A stretch of 248,000 bases of DNA from Hyalangium minutum (GTDB lineage: Bacteria > Myxococcota > Myxococcia > Myxococcales > Myxococcaceae), in NCBI RefSeq assembly GCF_000737315.1, contig NZ_JMCB01000003.1, positions 20,001-268,000 on the forward strand, written 5' to 3'. The translations under genes were made by a program, and so were the position numbers. Shown here piece by piece: positions 225,701 through 228,116 of the stretch. Under the pieces are notes generated by a model. That model had not been told where the DNA came from. It ran no database searches and saw only the letters and a program-made list of their open reading frames with translations. The number at the start of each line of letters is the position of its first letter. Positions within the stretch are counted from its first letter, which is position 1.

Positions 225701-227250
225701 CCTCGCTGCCCACCGGGTACGGCGCACCCTTGTTCCAGGTCCAAGGGCAACTCGCGGCGGACCAGCCCTGTGATCCGGCGCAGCCCTGGTTCGCCTGTCA
225801 GCAGGGACAGCGCTGCCTACCCTCGGTGGACGGTTACCAGTGCCAGGACGCCGCATGCGCCAGCGCGCAGGACGAAGATAGCGATGGGTGGAGCGGCTAT
225901 CCCCAGGATCCGGGCTGTACGTCGCCGGATGATCAGGACGAGTCGGACCCCGAGACTGCACCTGCCTGCTCCAACGGTGCGGACGACGACGGCGACGGGC
226001 GTACGGACTGGCCAGCCGATCCGGGCTGCAGCTCCGCCTCGGGGAACACCGAGTCGGGAGATGGCGAGCGGTGCGAGGCACCTGCGGAAGTGACTGCATC
226101 CACCACGGTGGTGGACTTCTCGGAGGCGGCCTCGGACGAGACGCTGCTCTGTGATGCCCGGCCTGTCGGCGACAAGGTGTTGAGCGTCCGGATGCCAGGG
226201 GCTGGCACCATGGTGCTCACTTCCAGCCCGGAGATCTCAGCGCTGGCGCTTCGTCCGGCCTGCGCGGAGGAGCATGCGGACGTGAGATGCCTCTCGACCT
226301 TGACGGCGCCCTTGTACACCAAGGTGCCGTTGGAGGCAGGGGCCTATTCGATCGTGCTCAAGGGGACAGGGACCGCGACGCTTCGAGTCTCGGGCTTCTT
226401 GAATCACGGCGCTGGCTGCGATCCCGCGATGCCTTGGTTCAAGTGCGTGGCTCCGGCGTCCTGTACCATGGGCCCCACGGGCGCCACCTGCGTCGCTCCG
226501 GTGTGCTCGAACGGGCTGGATGACGATGGCGATGGCAAAGTGGATTTCCCGTCGGATCCAGGGTGCAGCTCGATGTGGGATATGGATGAGTCGGATCCTC
226601 CGGCGACTCCCGCCTGCCGTGACGGTGTGGACAACGATGGAGACGGGCTCACGGACTGGCCCGTCGATCCAGGCTGCGAGATCCGGGACGATCTGGATGA
226701 GGCCGATCTCTCCACGCCTCCTCAATGCTCCAACGGTGTGGACGACGACGGTGACGGCCTGATCGACTACGGCTCCGATCCGGAGTGCTCCAGTGCGGGC
226801 TCGGACAGCGAGGGTCTCTTCCAGGGCGTGCTGGCACAGCACCTGTCCTCGCAGACGTCCGGCTATTTGCCCTTCACCGCCACCAGCCGGCTCCCGCTGA
226901 TGACCTGCTTCGAGTCCAACCGGGAGCTCAAGAAGGTCTTCCAGTTCGTGGCGCCCAATACGGGGCGGTACATCATTCCTCCCAGCTGGCCCTCGGGCAG
227001 AGTGCGGTTCTCCGTCGACGTGGTCGGGCCCGACCGGGGACAGATCATCTGTGCCAACGACTCCGCGCAGCTGTCGCTAAGACAGGGGGACGAGATCATC
227101 GTCACTGTCGGAGGGGATGACACCTATGGTGGGAATGGCACCGGCGGGGTGATGCAGATCCACTTCATGTACTCTGAACCGCAGCAGATCGTCTCCCCAT
227201 GGCTCCCACCCCCTGAGCTCGATTGGCAGTGGACGGGCGTCATCCCATGA
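195784..227250 (+). CDS. giant 10,488-aa secreted protein: Big/Ig-like, IPT/TIG, LVIVD, SbsA-Ig and C-terminal Cys/Asp-rich repeats
   Basis: signal peptide; many D..PP.V...P..A.D units; P..GP..GG..V.I.G.GF IPT units; V.DVSDP LVIVD; 7 C.NG.DDDGDG..D.P.DPGC repeats. Confidence 0.85.
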   Translation: MSLPGGRMLRAAALLALVLPLTAWSATVTAAFPLVPLRPGATTAEVGVEVQGPAEQVLISVTGQSASRGSFASLANVVVDRDQAGAVSFHTLVTFSQPFPEDGVLEVVARPVGDGEDTSLTTRFDAAAPPPRFGPTPLRVRADLDNQTIILELAYAGNAVAAEASVVGASAEELRRVQGSLEDVEPVSFVQARRLLARPSTATPGRIVFAVPLGTAPIPHDGVVIADVALRDAFGRTVHTSAVEFTQATAFDPVVGVSVEPSPLLLSEGFGQRVPLQVAGSFAIAGEVDLSGAHRGVQYRSLDEGVASVTEDGQVVARANGETDIEISYAGYTATAHVVVDSSAVVERLEVMPEAPVIPRVGGSIRLGLEGVLSDGRRVDLSSRTLGTTWSSLDPSVLTVHSDGRAVGLRPGTARVEARNAGYSALRVVEVQDGPPEISLSAPSQVVEGADFELKARAQDDVALAFVEFLVNGVVTTRLTAPPFTIKLRAPPVAGGEMVIGAVAVDSHGSRTRATDVTLKVQPGQGASSKTIVYETPLPGALLLEGLPHTVSLTSGDARSGTLSPQDFQLVRYYADGALLGTVRTPRVEMRNLEEDPTEPPEYVAVPLWELSYVPRAGTAGTVVALYAEAVDARGATARGATILVRIARDGPPLVTLRSPSGPRVQATAGRPVQLTGLVEDDTVTLGVELSLLVDGAQVSSTRLVGEGLGGTRAGSAPFSISWTPPVSSIGRLVRLQFMARDVGDHESRASLEASVVADAPPQISLQTPPPGSQVLAGTTQFLTASVVDDSAGPVEVTWRVNGVPVGASRSPPYRTSWSVPTSAAGSTLQLQATARDSTGNEAQASGELFVVSDTTRPSISLVVPRPLAEVPETQDLVVSVAGQDDATVKKVEVLLEGEVLATDDDPGPNGTQLGSFLTHTLVRSAQLMGRQQIRLGARAYDASGNVGSAPEVLVKVLPDAPPTVRFVLPAANTRATIGTPLELIAEADDDVAVSSVEFFADGNSSCRATLPPYRCTITVTGPARTLHLRAVASDAGGRSSSAEVAVQVSEDREPPLVAFRSPSEGSFTFAGRNLSVEVAASDDVGVRDVRLELDGQTVGTQSGGVVDGLYRLFRWQVPIPAGAAGHTLAFKAVATDTSGLTRERLLEVRARRDEAPAVSLTSPAPNSFYKEGEDVRLVVTVADDEGVIGLVGLSGGRRQGTLAQSGPLLDVSRPQALTVRAPSIFRGEPPTVGAEARDTAGQSGVATVMLNVARDLEPPSALMISPLPPATGHLRVNEGGAFSLRVEVEDDVRVVRVAAVVDGQELPVVNGREPLGPQNERFEEVRVQDPVMPGQIIVSRRYLGTFAGTASLAQYSVGLHTLAARAYDAGGNATTTPALSFEILEVQDLAPPRVTLTLEGGPDERTCVAGAPMKLRVSATDDVSIREASVTFEGQPVTIRNPPERSPRNWQEEIPFQFPPLGTGGRRTVTFLARVTDGAQHTGVVSRTCELTPDGPPQILVVSPTARAALTEEGTEPVQVDVSDDVGVRRGLRVLSTSAVAVPGIGSFEVTATAAHEGLGVPSATLIPGDGPGFSVEALEGRLLISPPGEGQGTGTTAPGRLRLNVEPSPAGHGALAQVRFRYVVKPGHEGSTALQSFRSAFPDGVGSVTLSAPAFSADLSFPSQDIEMEEVDIQLSKASANAEELAVTRLGLRGWGTPQLQLRAEAAGERVAVQRWNTGVAPSRPGQVKRIDEAVWLPRGQAPRDSQLTVLAEDVAGLVGRVAIPIVARTDTDPPTASIVSPGNGASVVEDTVFEVQVSAQDNARLDQLELWVDGQSRQVMRVGPGPSGSPQAHRFSLSLPLPASGYPAALSVVARDGAGNATASDTAYVRVIPDVAPSVTFQSLTSAVESFTRTELDSGYVVMLQGVPATLGMLLEDDAGLASMRVQFGDQVVKEESFTGAPLTAGRQVTFTPPVGRDGAPVVLLVSLTDSAGHTRQTRLLIESRRPRPPALALAAPTPGATIAEGSIQLLFDAVAVDDTGVDHVQLFINGQPALILTRGEPIAWNLDPQSGAVVVADPALRQAVASLPPEDQDLQRLRHYRGQVKLPPGFVALVPGRTDAALQLRTIAADKEGHETVLDQPLRIEADVATPLVEVLRPVLGRNVVEGTSVLVEVSARDNVLVDRVEILAGPSASELRVVHTAGGFPPTNAVPGSPFDVYAPLVQYAFTVPTLAQLGSTVPVPYFVAARARDISGNWTAPADFVIQPIEIIQDQPPGVSILSPADGTPAVANSTITVSVMAEDDVAVGNVRLEVDGTPLPVTLHAPPFSFHVPVPDRAGELRLRAVAVDSGGHQVGSQVVILPLRDDLAPTVAVAQPRPEARLTEGRDFALVVAAQDDVAIRSVEVLVEGGLAGPLRLVASNLPYSFRVPLPPGSAGRTLRIVARARDSAGHESVAPEVTALAVADTSRPTVAWLRPAAGSQALEGSVVELEVDARDDVAVNSLELRLNDQPLAIMPTPPFRMTYHVPAQGGGQALVFSAIARDPSGNQTVETRRLEIAEDEPPSVSVIAPTRLVVGNPALLRAQASDDVAVTEIGFHVGSDPAALSEVARRYQLPYEFRYAATEADVGKVLTIRGRAMDLAGHEAWSVPVQALVVPDTPPTVAVRKPLAGEAIFEGQRLRLEVEATDVEGPIKQVAFFVDGRKVHVATTPAGIPGSPNLFATSYSPPVGSGNRLLRITAVAVDSANQETESAPVVVGTVRDTVPPETQLVDPMVWELVTEAEPVEWTAAALDESAVVGVRFLVDGQQVGPPSTVPRPGPSNRPLYYGTWLPPSGAAGQTRTLTAEATDPSQNVGRAEPVTVELGMRPEPAVELVVEPYARRQAGMAADGEGLVIHGALLKDVPLPPPNDTVKRDEGRLALARLDLNGLAPLGTVKVTGSPVSQTLLGRLALVAMGPVFDPVGKKTIPAQLQVVDLSNTAVPRLRGVVDLPSDDVHQVVARDRLAFVANGTSGVAVLELGNPDAPQRAFTRPTVGPARGVAVTDQWLLVAAGSGGLRVLDVRDPYLRELGFVALPGEANRVEVVGSRAYVGCSNAQAPLAVVDLSRPAQPRLMSLLSHAPRRPDLLASEVTDVAVSGGVALVTTAITDQDAEPVKGILSASTVKADGAASTFVRANLPGARDVLFSQGRPVALLGDSAMGAFTLPRLAVTDVSPVDGTGQVPPTAQVTVTFSRLLQGASVTEQTVLLRAQDAVLGPVVPATVTVNETRILVAPRAPLPTNTEIFLTVLPTVTGEGGVTLGERFVSRFRTSPVDGLPPQVADVQPPAGPVDGGTRVRVWGLHFAPGARVLFSGQEATQVQVAADGRSLDAVTPPNLEGAVVVTVVNPNGLEGSLLGGFLYLQILDVSMVVPATGSLAGGNLVELSGSGFQRGATVRFDGVPATDVRVLSPGRISLRTPPGHFGTVDVRVDNPDGRYVVKPDAFLYSNLVVSRVLGRHIPDPQYDGPIRPAEKLPQGVPRAVVMQGGLAWLLSDGTAALQAHSPEELLQDSIQAAVTLVDVSDPDNAAVRSGVSIAPPYQPRALAVRGTTAYVAADAAELPYVDVVGEGGPSLLVVDASVLQAPRMVTAVPFEGTARAVAVADDLALVAAGAGGLAVFSVADPLRPVLTGSIQSMRVRGEVRAVNVVDVAASGRYALVRAGTNAGTFTLVLDLATPGIEVVGEASDLGPMALQGRRGLTLGNGQIRTLSFSPPTWPRNLVGMSSLVGGTPVTVAVGPHVGAAGTEVSRPGNSGSGKLEVSLSADPSRPRAVDAVDLYPAARFGGVAVERDVAVISISALLTKKGEVVADPTLALGSDGLAVVRMPFLMGMRSQPADGDTEVPPSTPLRLEFNREVAGASPQTVRLIRQDGSVNGVVEPAEIQTLGRTVLLLPAQPLAPSTTYRVVADQLTDALTRAEMAGPFYLEFSTASSSAAMPVSISGLTPREGPAAGGTLVTVTGTGFEPGATVRFGGVPATQVTVSEDGTQLTARTAANTAGAATLEVTNPSGSVARRLGAFLFTQPLSVLAAAPGRGPASGGTRVILSGTGFSSTGTVQVRFGGVPALRTRVLGLNRLEVYTPRGLRGTVDIQVTNPDGSQATLEDGFIFDQPGGASVALSDRPVDVVVIGDSALVLQRGGLSVVDLSGLYLKGPLKDTPIPPDLVDGLVDVDNDRKDDRLVSFLPIPDALSLAYPSTWGHRLFVGTGGWDSKLQQWTAGEVLEVAIADLAHPAISARTAAVEGPVFGLDVKDERLLAATGQKGLSSFDRSYAPFLVGQLPMQGAAQSVAGSAGMAVVGVGQRDATSFAVSAGALRIVSTEASPSLRGALPLNIQRARWKGDVAVVAAGDAGLVLVSAANPDQPQVLASVLVGGFAWDVRLQGNLAYVAAGTAGVAVVDLTDLLHPRVLYHVTGARGGTAKLVEMTAGGRLVSMRDRGTQGWSVDFGRPSELAVVSASVAPDEVVPLSLPSVTVTLSAGLLHTSAPEAFSFTANGAPVPGTLEAGTPELPVSTLVFRPSEPLPSGAELRLALGTSLRSLLGDALIAPFEVRFFAAGGTGERPQLLQVVPRVGPSEGGTEIELLGTGFVPGTTVRIGAAPALVLSLSSTRMTVRVPPGEPGLADVVVVHPSGVTARRSGGYFYSAPLFASASIPRFLNPKGGSTVRVTGRGFLPTWSSPLGSTRVLIRGLPARSVSVESTTQLVAVAGPGSFGDADVELVAADGLQRASSPSPVGYGLPFSGKVVGASVRPVALAGNPALPLLPFAAAGASVEGNTFPQPYTGPMTGGGLVPESFRMVAYDVTRVGRPELAGASVVDPPDHDVDYLIGSLPYLAQRELPLPEVELMPDSFDVALRGTQLLVANGASGLAVIDASGTTLEQWPLLGRGGIGSVLGQEYATRLLATPTGAWVFSNPLEDNLLPEEIPCKSPTDEHYPAAGSGGQLQLFDTRSPSDPVLLGSIGSGSAQEPYGATVAGGRLLVAMGNHAGVIYCTETPFPPPPWASLTTGRRTRFLGLDPSDDYRSEDAPIIMMKTPHGALELYDSAGVGAQRLARRPYPYSLTDVVVVRDVAIASAAEFGLIFFDVRPDNPQAPQELLRLPFDQSLSNTPGHPERLRLIGDLLFVAASSGSVYVLDVSDPRHPEFLSGGNTEFAYDVLPVGDRLMLASRQELTELSMPFLLPLSTTPERDALVPPSLSQLEVRFNRPLAPATVNDISVQLIGPSGPVPLELSVVAEHATLTYAVRAQLPEEGLEPGATYEVRIASTVADQRGGGMIRPFRTAFRTGAAGSHAPRIDAVQPSAVSMAGGQQVVIQGSGLSGVASVRIGGATASFTAAGDTELHVTVPPSTRPGPADVRIEDAGGPWSLLPHGVLYLSPLASAHASLVPDHGPVEGGTEVKVSFSGASPVAPGTRVFIGDREGVNVDVVSLSTLRFTTPRPDGPGLVPVKLERPGEVSETVGYFSYDLPTGTTVDLPGFPPRETSEVVLSGDLLFAGVPTAGYEGLELFNIRVPEHPVRLGGLRTEGAVRGLDARGALALLATDAFGLVAVDVQDTARPFTVGRGATAGLATGIRLEGNVAHVSVTQMDGGAGYVQTFDVSQPSLPLLSTTPLTEDALALDHAPGRFYALTSNVRTGQPDGLRLTVYTRQGQRLGGVVVDATPRSYAELVRSRLTVRGGRAYVTLGSRLYVFDMSDETAPQVLQSTELGAPARGLTWAGGSLLVSTTGSSTLVTVPPTDLLVVGTSPVNGALASPLTSIRVDMSLPVREDTVTAGTFEVVQVGSAGPVPVPGHREVVFATRGSSLVFTPEDPLEPGAQIEVKVEGVLGFDTRPLAHPASFAFTVAGEDALQPWVERLEPASGLFTDFTATTVRGAGFRQGVTVRIAGQNATVVSVQEDQLGIVVPPSLTSAGPASVEVIDPSGLSAVRLGGFLYREPLRLALLSPDRAPQQGGVAVELRGTGFMPGLVVRFGGTGSFQVDVPSMERAVAVAPPHAQGLVDVEAVLGSQSAVKARSFLYGTGAVSRLPTPPVRDVRVEGTVAYVALGGETEIVGLDAEGHLITLEQRRKTDSGGLMVADLSEPTVAREIRRVNVSAQGGVRRMARAGNTLYLAAGSAGVVAVDVSQPANASETLRLSVQGEAVDVVTAGSLIFVADGSGVRVFRTGETEQPMLVAQRALPGGASALALYGGLLLVSNASATDARLYVLDARRGDLAPLAQEAHLPLSAPARHIAVEGTRAFVSLGRAGQVAIVELADPTAPAPAGTLVLKDELHQGWTSAEQTLVAGDVVWVAGGGGKVQRFAALVGQQPQWLETASVLGDAKALARSGRYLMAGTLLLDVNGRPVEMPLADTRDAAGTLTGGLVSVALDHLELRGTVPVAGAVVQVGVVPEVLLSALPDMATAGAVRLEGTDGVEVRVARQGRADTEGGRLALIPQSPLAVGTDYVLRVGGTLADLAGRPLGTDVGVRFRTGPIASPEQPVITAMSPVTGLEAGGDTAVLTGEGFMPGCQVWVGDTLASGVTVSSDGGRITLIVPPGPAGAAAVRVRNPNGLEALQLGLYRYLVAPELTQVSPAQAPFNSRQRVVLTGKGFAATTQVTFGGRPALHPVMDSQGRISVEVPDDVTGVVEVAVATPMPGGALVARRPDGFTYTLKPLGGVGGNTEALAVAGRVLLAARAGRLVAFDLTRPGDLPEVANVPGVTSAGGLVVSGDEAWLAGQGEVVRYALEGCGAGLPVSCPLQVVERIPLVASGVASVAAGQGSAYVTVAGGSDVVLLGRVDGATRVVAQVNVGPGVVRGVAMAGPVLAVLVQGSQSSRLELRDVADGSLTLVGEVPGLYWTVNRLAAEGTRVAVASGAGVRLYETAEPAVPVELGRFEGQGSAYTVALSGPWALASGDFGLAWLDTTQGLKRRTSGSTYGWAGNVAVGAGVAVAASAYELRAFELPYPTVTGQEPSPGGALPREAAVSVTLADRLPPSVVQGTAMELVGPAGAISGTRTVQGSAVLFRPSAVLTPGERVQARVTLGATPYVGGTVLGPWTWSILPSAEAPSLRVDALVPDHGDVSGGYPVVLAGAGFDAQTQVWFGTRAATVVPPVSTDAIHVLAPASPVPGPVRVRVSPGVAGTPVDVPGGFVYLAPLAISRVTPPRVDLGGGAVTVEGTGFNRSLTARLGGLVAPVSDFTPTSFKLSVPAGPSGWLALEVAQAGTPPVTLAQAVLRADGVAPTVTAWEPLDTVGTGQVPLNSIFTVRFNEPIDPATATHVRLVRQGGTVPESGTHTVAPDGLSVTFTPAAALPSTTAFTLSAAGVADLFGNAIANTAAARKDFRSRDVVPPNVYVRLESSTEPLAPGTLLAAEVSWSFRVVASDDSGQVSLRQLWVDGAAVSVDWDGKATYRWPAIMSSRPSTLKVRAEDSAGNGTESEVTVQVVEDMPPTVAITQPSTPVVQVEQGVSLTVALAASDNHGVSAVELRLDGVPIKRASSLTGTNATLSHVLYLPTQGTYQLTALAMDDRGQLTSSESVSVQVLPDTTPPQLAWVLPMAGTKLIGGGRYPLQVSATDLNGVAEVSFRIDGQLVATRTAPPWSMDWDAPAVTSAGTRLLEARARDAQGNEAGASQTVTVAPPSTSRPTIVLDGFSTSYGYPEGTAVTVRARVTSEIPLQSVRLSLGAETVTLTQPPWQLTFVAPRVPPPSQLVRLRGTAVDLLGRESFPVEYDVTVQDDGRQPVLALDMNPQGPSLLGGSTLQVGGLDGGVLTGTVVRVSEVLQPAETDGGYTLPFEPEAAPVRVSARMDAWDGGMVTLERQGTLTAFANGATVSVAAADEPVLDLATSGPWEWVARDQSGGHTRLELRDAATQALTAERSLDGTAVAVAFERGRAVVALRTGGRGRVDMMSVPALETVGSFSVRRIPRALETTSFGLAIGTDEGLELWSSGGMLASRLPLGDVLGVSAEGDRLAVLTNSTLYEVDASVPHAPALVASVPVAGATGVVALADARRCVVGATARCFRVEGTALTLQGEARLPDTAIAADGPGPWLLAGTASGLSVVDARGAPSMAGYYPALAGRVAAGDGRIVAAAPGRSSLLKLRRSVGAPTVHLELPPSAAPGARVPVVASVEGLSDPRDGYTAELRVRGTAVQVLKGRLPQSVDLPRDGTAAQVALRVVDLAGHEALAQGTVALVDDGAGPALAALQARAEVPSGAFFSLAAVPADPARVASVEYSVDSTVLGRADAPALAWRLRAPTVSTDTAFTVSAVALDAQGRRGAPVQASVWVRAGTGAALPTVSLARVGTGSIQEGTEVRVRATLTPSVPVAEVRFKMDGEEQQRLMLPPYEAVLRMPVGTGSRGVTVEAVAVDDQGRESAAALLPLTVVDDLTPPVVALEVDPSGEVLTAGSRVRATAIASDGGALESWSVRALLANVELASGGGRLDFTVPASTPAGTLVEIVATARDVAGNVATSRVTKTVLAPVLPDGGVVVAGDFVGADRLTLRGDFVYATTPRGLAVGRVRWGETPTIEPVSFLATDVAPSSLAVQGPWAVLVLPGRGLSIVNIADPAQPRVRGTLAGTFTKALAGDGLYVQGNSLFELDLEVPSTPVLRNMAVSATAVDGTADGVVFNSYSYLMVRARLTSGLSGYLSLLWPVGVPQTARWNDGKLLVGTDRSLAVLVRSGDSLGVAQEVPLPAGVRAMAVADGRVWLACTDGKLRWVDVRNPTAAQVIAQEALPARALEVSGGLMLATTAQGIFVRRLPNLGAAGSALSTPVGGLTLDDAPRAVTSFRRGVLVAAGLAGVQRIVLDDPSHPSRVSQSVAGLALKQVERTGEQVFTLNGTTLSIHVEQWDGSLVRDGGASDRLAALGSVERFAVSPRRLWAVSGGTVSSMGLPSVDQKVSLLLGSATLDVAGDETRAVVALGRAGAAVVLVDGAGTLRLGAMIPEVHTDAVAVDGDLALLGGPSGLAVVDLSAASGPVRRASLPTAGAVRRVRLEGRLALVSEGSAGVELWNVSQPAAPVLLGKLSTPRAEDAVVAAGHIVVADSVAGVKVFSLPAAGVNPVVRVVPDASSVEAGSWLEVSARVSGVQVDTAELLVEGQVLSRMDERAAVGRYLVPKQAVVGRELAVQVRARTASGAETLSAPVFVRVSAPTNLPEIVLYPNSPNSGWSYYSASSISVSAVYGGALAPVSARVRWAGQDLGALTVMDTSIHGELRMPVVGADTTGTLEFVLVDAAGRIKTASVPSIRVLAPQDPLPQSVYGLPSRLYSAPYDNAFTAQAYCYTWCNVRVERNGVTIASTLSTSPYTGWRSLPVSLVLPGETTGTQQTLTIVAEDSAGRQVRQEQRYTVLRDDLVPSVSLYAPYSASEGATVSVSAYASFPPGHQIRSLRLLANGVEIASVVGPTLSGVPYTFPSVSVTSTVRFEAIATDHLGREGRAEQLAQVLPDAPPSASMYASPTPVQGYPIYACINAADDVRLTAVTFKAGEETLWSCTSGCSAYFSTSFSKCVQSASRYTGSEIVLSAELTDSVGHTVTETRPYAVAQNQPPTVTLTSKSYLVAGQGGTPVYASAYDEAHMQSLKVRVGDTLIAQSTSSYYAQSGLSWSGSYTPSSPESFVLEAVAEDGAGLQTVLRKQVPVLPAGSGQSCEKPVPIGMDLTLRPPQVQLQSTFYSRCGTFYTGSWHTLPFDGPVEEISLRAYSDSWYWPTLIVKDGCDASAAQFCPYSSSSSDVSTRATSLSSQARVFLSQVTGDVYVSFARLGMGARCIPGSTSVVCSNSVCREQSSGEYRCAPEACRDGLDNDGDGRVDFPAEPGCTSATDDDETDPVPLPTCANGVDEDEDGAMDWPAETDCPSASSNGEHPTSCQVTPLTLLGSRMRIDFSQASNLDDLVCSTSGSGPDQVVRVEVPGQASLSGSLMEPYGYPKTLALRKSCTDGGAFLACAPAEWQSVWDDGRWVSQSVAMTSAEVGPGSYLFVADSSLPTGYGAPLFQVQGQLAADQPCDPAQPWFACQQGQRCLPSVDGYQCQDAACASAQDEDSDGWSGYPQDPGCTSPDDQDESDPETAPACSNGADDDGDGRTDWPADPGCSSASGNTESGDGERCEAPAEVTASTTVVDFSEAASDETLLCDARPVGDKVLSVRMPGAGTMVLTSSPEISALALRPACAEEHADVRCLSTLTAPLYTKVPLEAGAYSIVLKGTGTATLRVSGFLNHGAGCDPAMPWFKCVAPASCTMGPTGATCVAPVCSNGLDDDGDGKVDFPSDPGCSSMWDMDESDPPATPACRDGVDNDGDGLTDWPVDPGCEIRDDLDEADLSTPPQCSNGVDDDGDGLIDYGSDPECSSAGSDSEGLFQGVLAQHLSSQTSGYLPFTATSRLPLMTCFESNRELKKVFQFVAPNTGRYIIPPSWPSGRVRFSVDVVGPDRGQIICANDSAQLSLRQGDEIIVTVGGDDTYGGNGTGGVMQIHFMYSEPQQIVSPWLPPPELDWQWTGVIP

Positions 227251-228116
227251 GGCCCTCAAGCGGAATAGGCAGCTGGCTCGTGTTGGCCCTCGCGGTGCTG
227301 TCCGGGTGCGATGACTCGCGAACGGTGGCGAAGGTGGGGCGCACGGGCCTGACGGTGGAGGACGTGACGCAGCTGCGCGCCGCGCAGAGCCCGAGCGTCC
227401 GCGCCGCGCCGGAGCAGACGCTGGAGGTGCTGGTGGATCGCGCCCTGCTGGCCGAGGAGGCCCGGCGCCAGAAACTGCACGAGCAGCCCACGGTGAAGGC
227501 CCAGCTCGCGGCCGCCGAGCGGGAGCTCCTGGCGCATGCGGTGCTGGAGCGGGCGGTGGCTCCCAGCGTGACGGACGAGGCGCTGCGCGCGCGCTACGAG
227601 GCCGCGCGCTCCCGGCTGGAGCGCCGCGAGGTGCACGTGGCCCAGATCTTCGCGCGGATGCCCGAGGGCTCTGATGAGAAGACTCGGCGCCAGGCGCAGG
227701 TGCGCATCAACCAAGCCTATGCCCGGCTCGCGGGCGGAGAGCCTTTCGAGACCGTGGCGCGCGAGCTGTCCGAGGACTTGGTGAGCGCGCCCCAAGGAGG
227801 AGAGCTCGGCGTGGTTCGGGAGGGAGGAGTGGATCCAGCGTTCTTCGCCCAGGCCGTGGCGCTGGCCGCAGGCGCTTGGTCCAAGCCGTTCATCACGCCC
227901 TTCGGCTGGCACGTGGTGAAGGCGCTTGAGGCGTCGAAGACGGTGGTGCCCTCCTTTGATGAGGCGAGAGGTGTGCTGGAGTCCGAGGCGCGCCAGGAGG
228001 CCCAGGCGAAGCTGATGGAGCGGCTGCGTCAGGAGATCTCGGTCCGTCGCTACCCGGAGCGGCTCAAGCTGGCAGAGGAGAAGAGCAAGCCCCAGGGCGA
228101 GGGGGAGGCGAGATGA
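227247..228116 (+). CDS. parvulin-type PPIase lipoprotein
   Basis: lipobox LSGC; ARELSED..S..QGGELG, FGWHVVK. Confidence 0.85.
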   Translation: MRPSSGIGSWLVLALAVLSGCDDSRTVAKVGRTGLTVEDVTQLRAAQSPSVRAAPEQTLEVLVDRALLAEEARRQKLHEQPTVKAQLAAAERELLAHAVLERAVAPSVTDEALRARYEAARSRLERREVHVAQIFARMPEGSDEKTRRQAQVRINQAYARLAGGEPFETVARELSEDLVSAPQGGELGVVREGGVDPAFFAQAVALAAGAWSKPFITPFGWHVVKALEASKTVVPSFDEARGVLESEARQEAQAKLMERLRQEISVRRYPERLKLAEEKSKPQGEGEAR

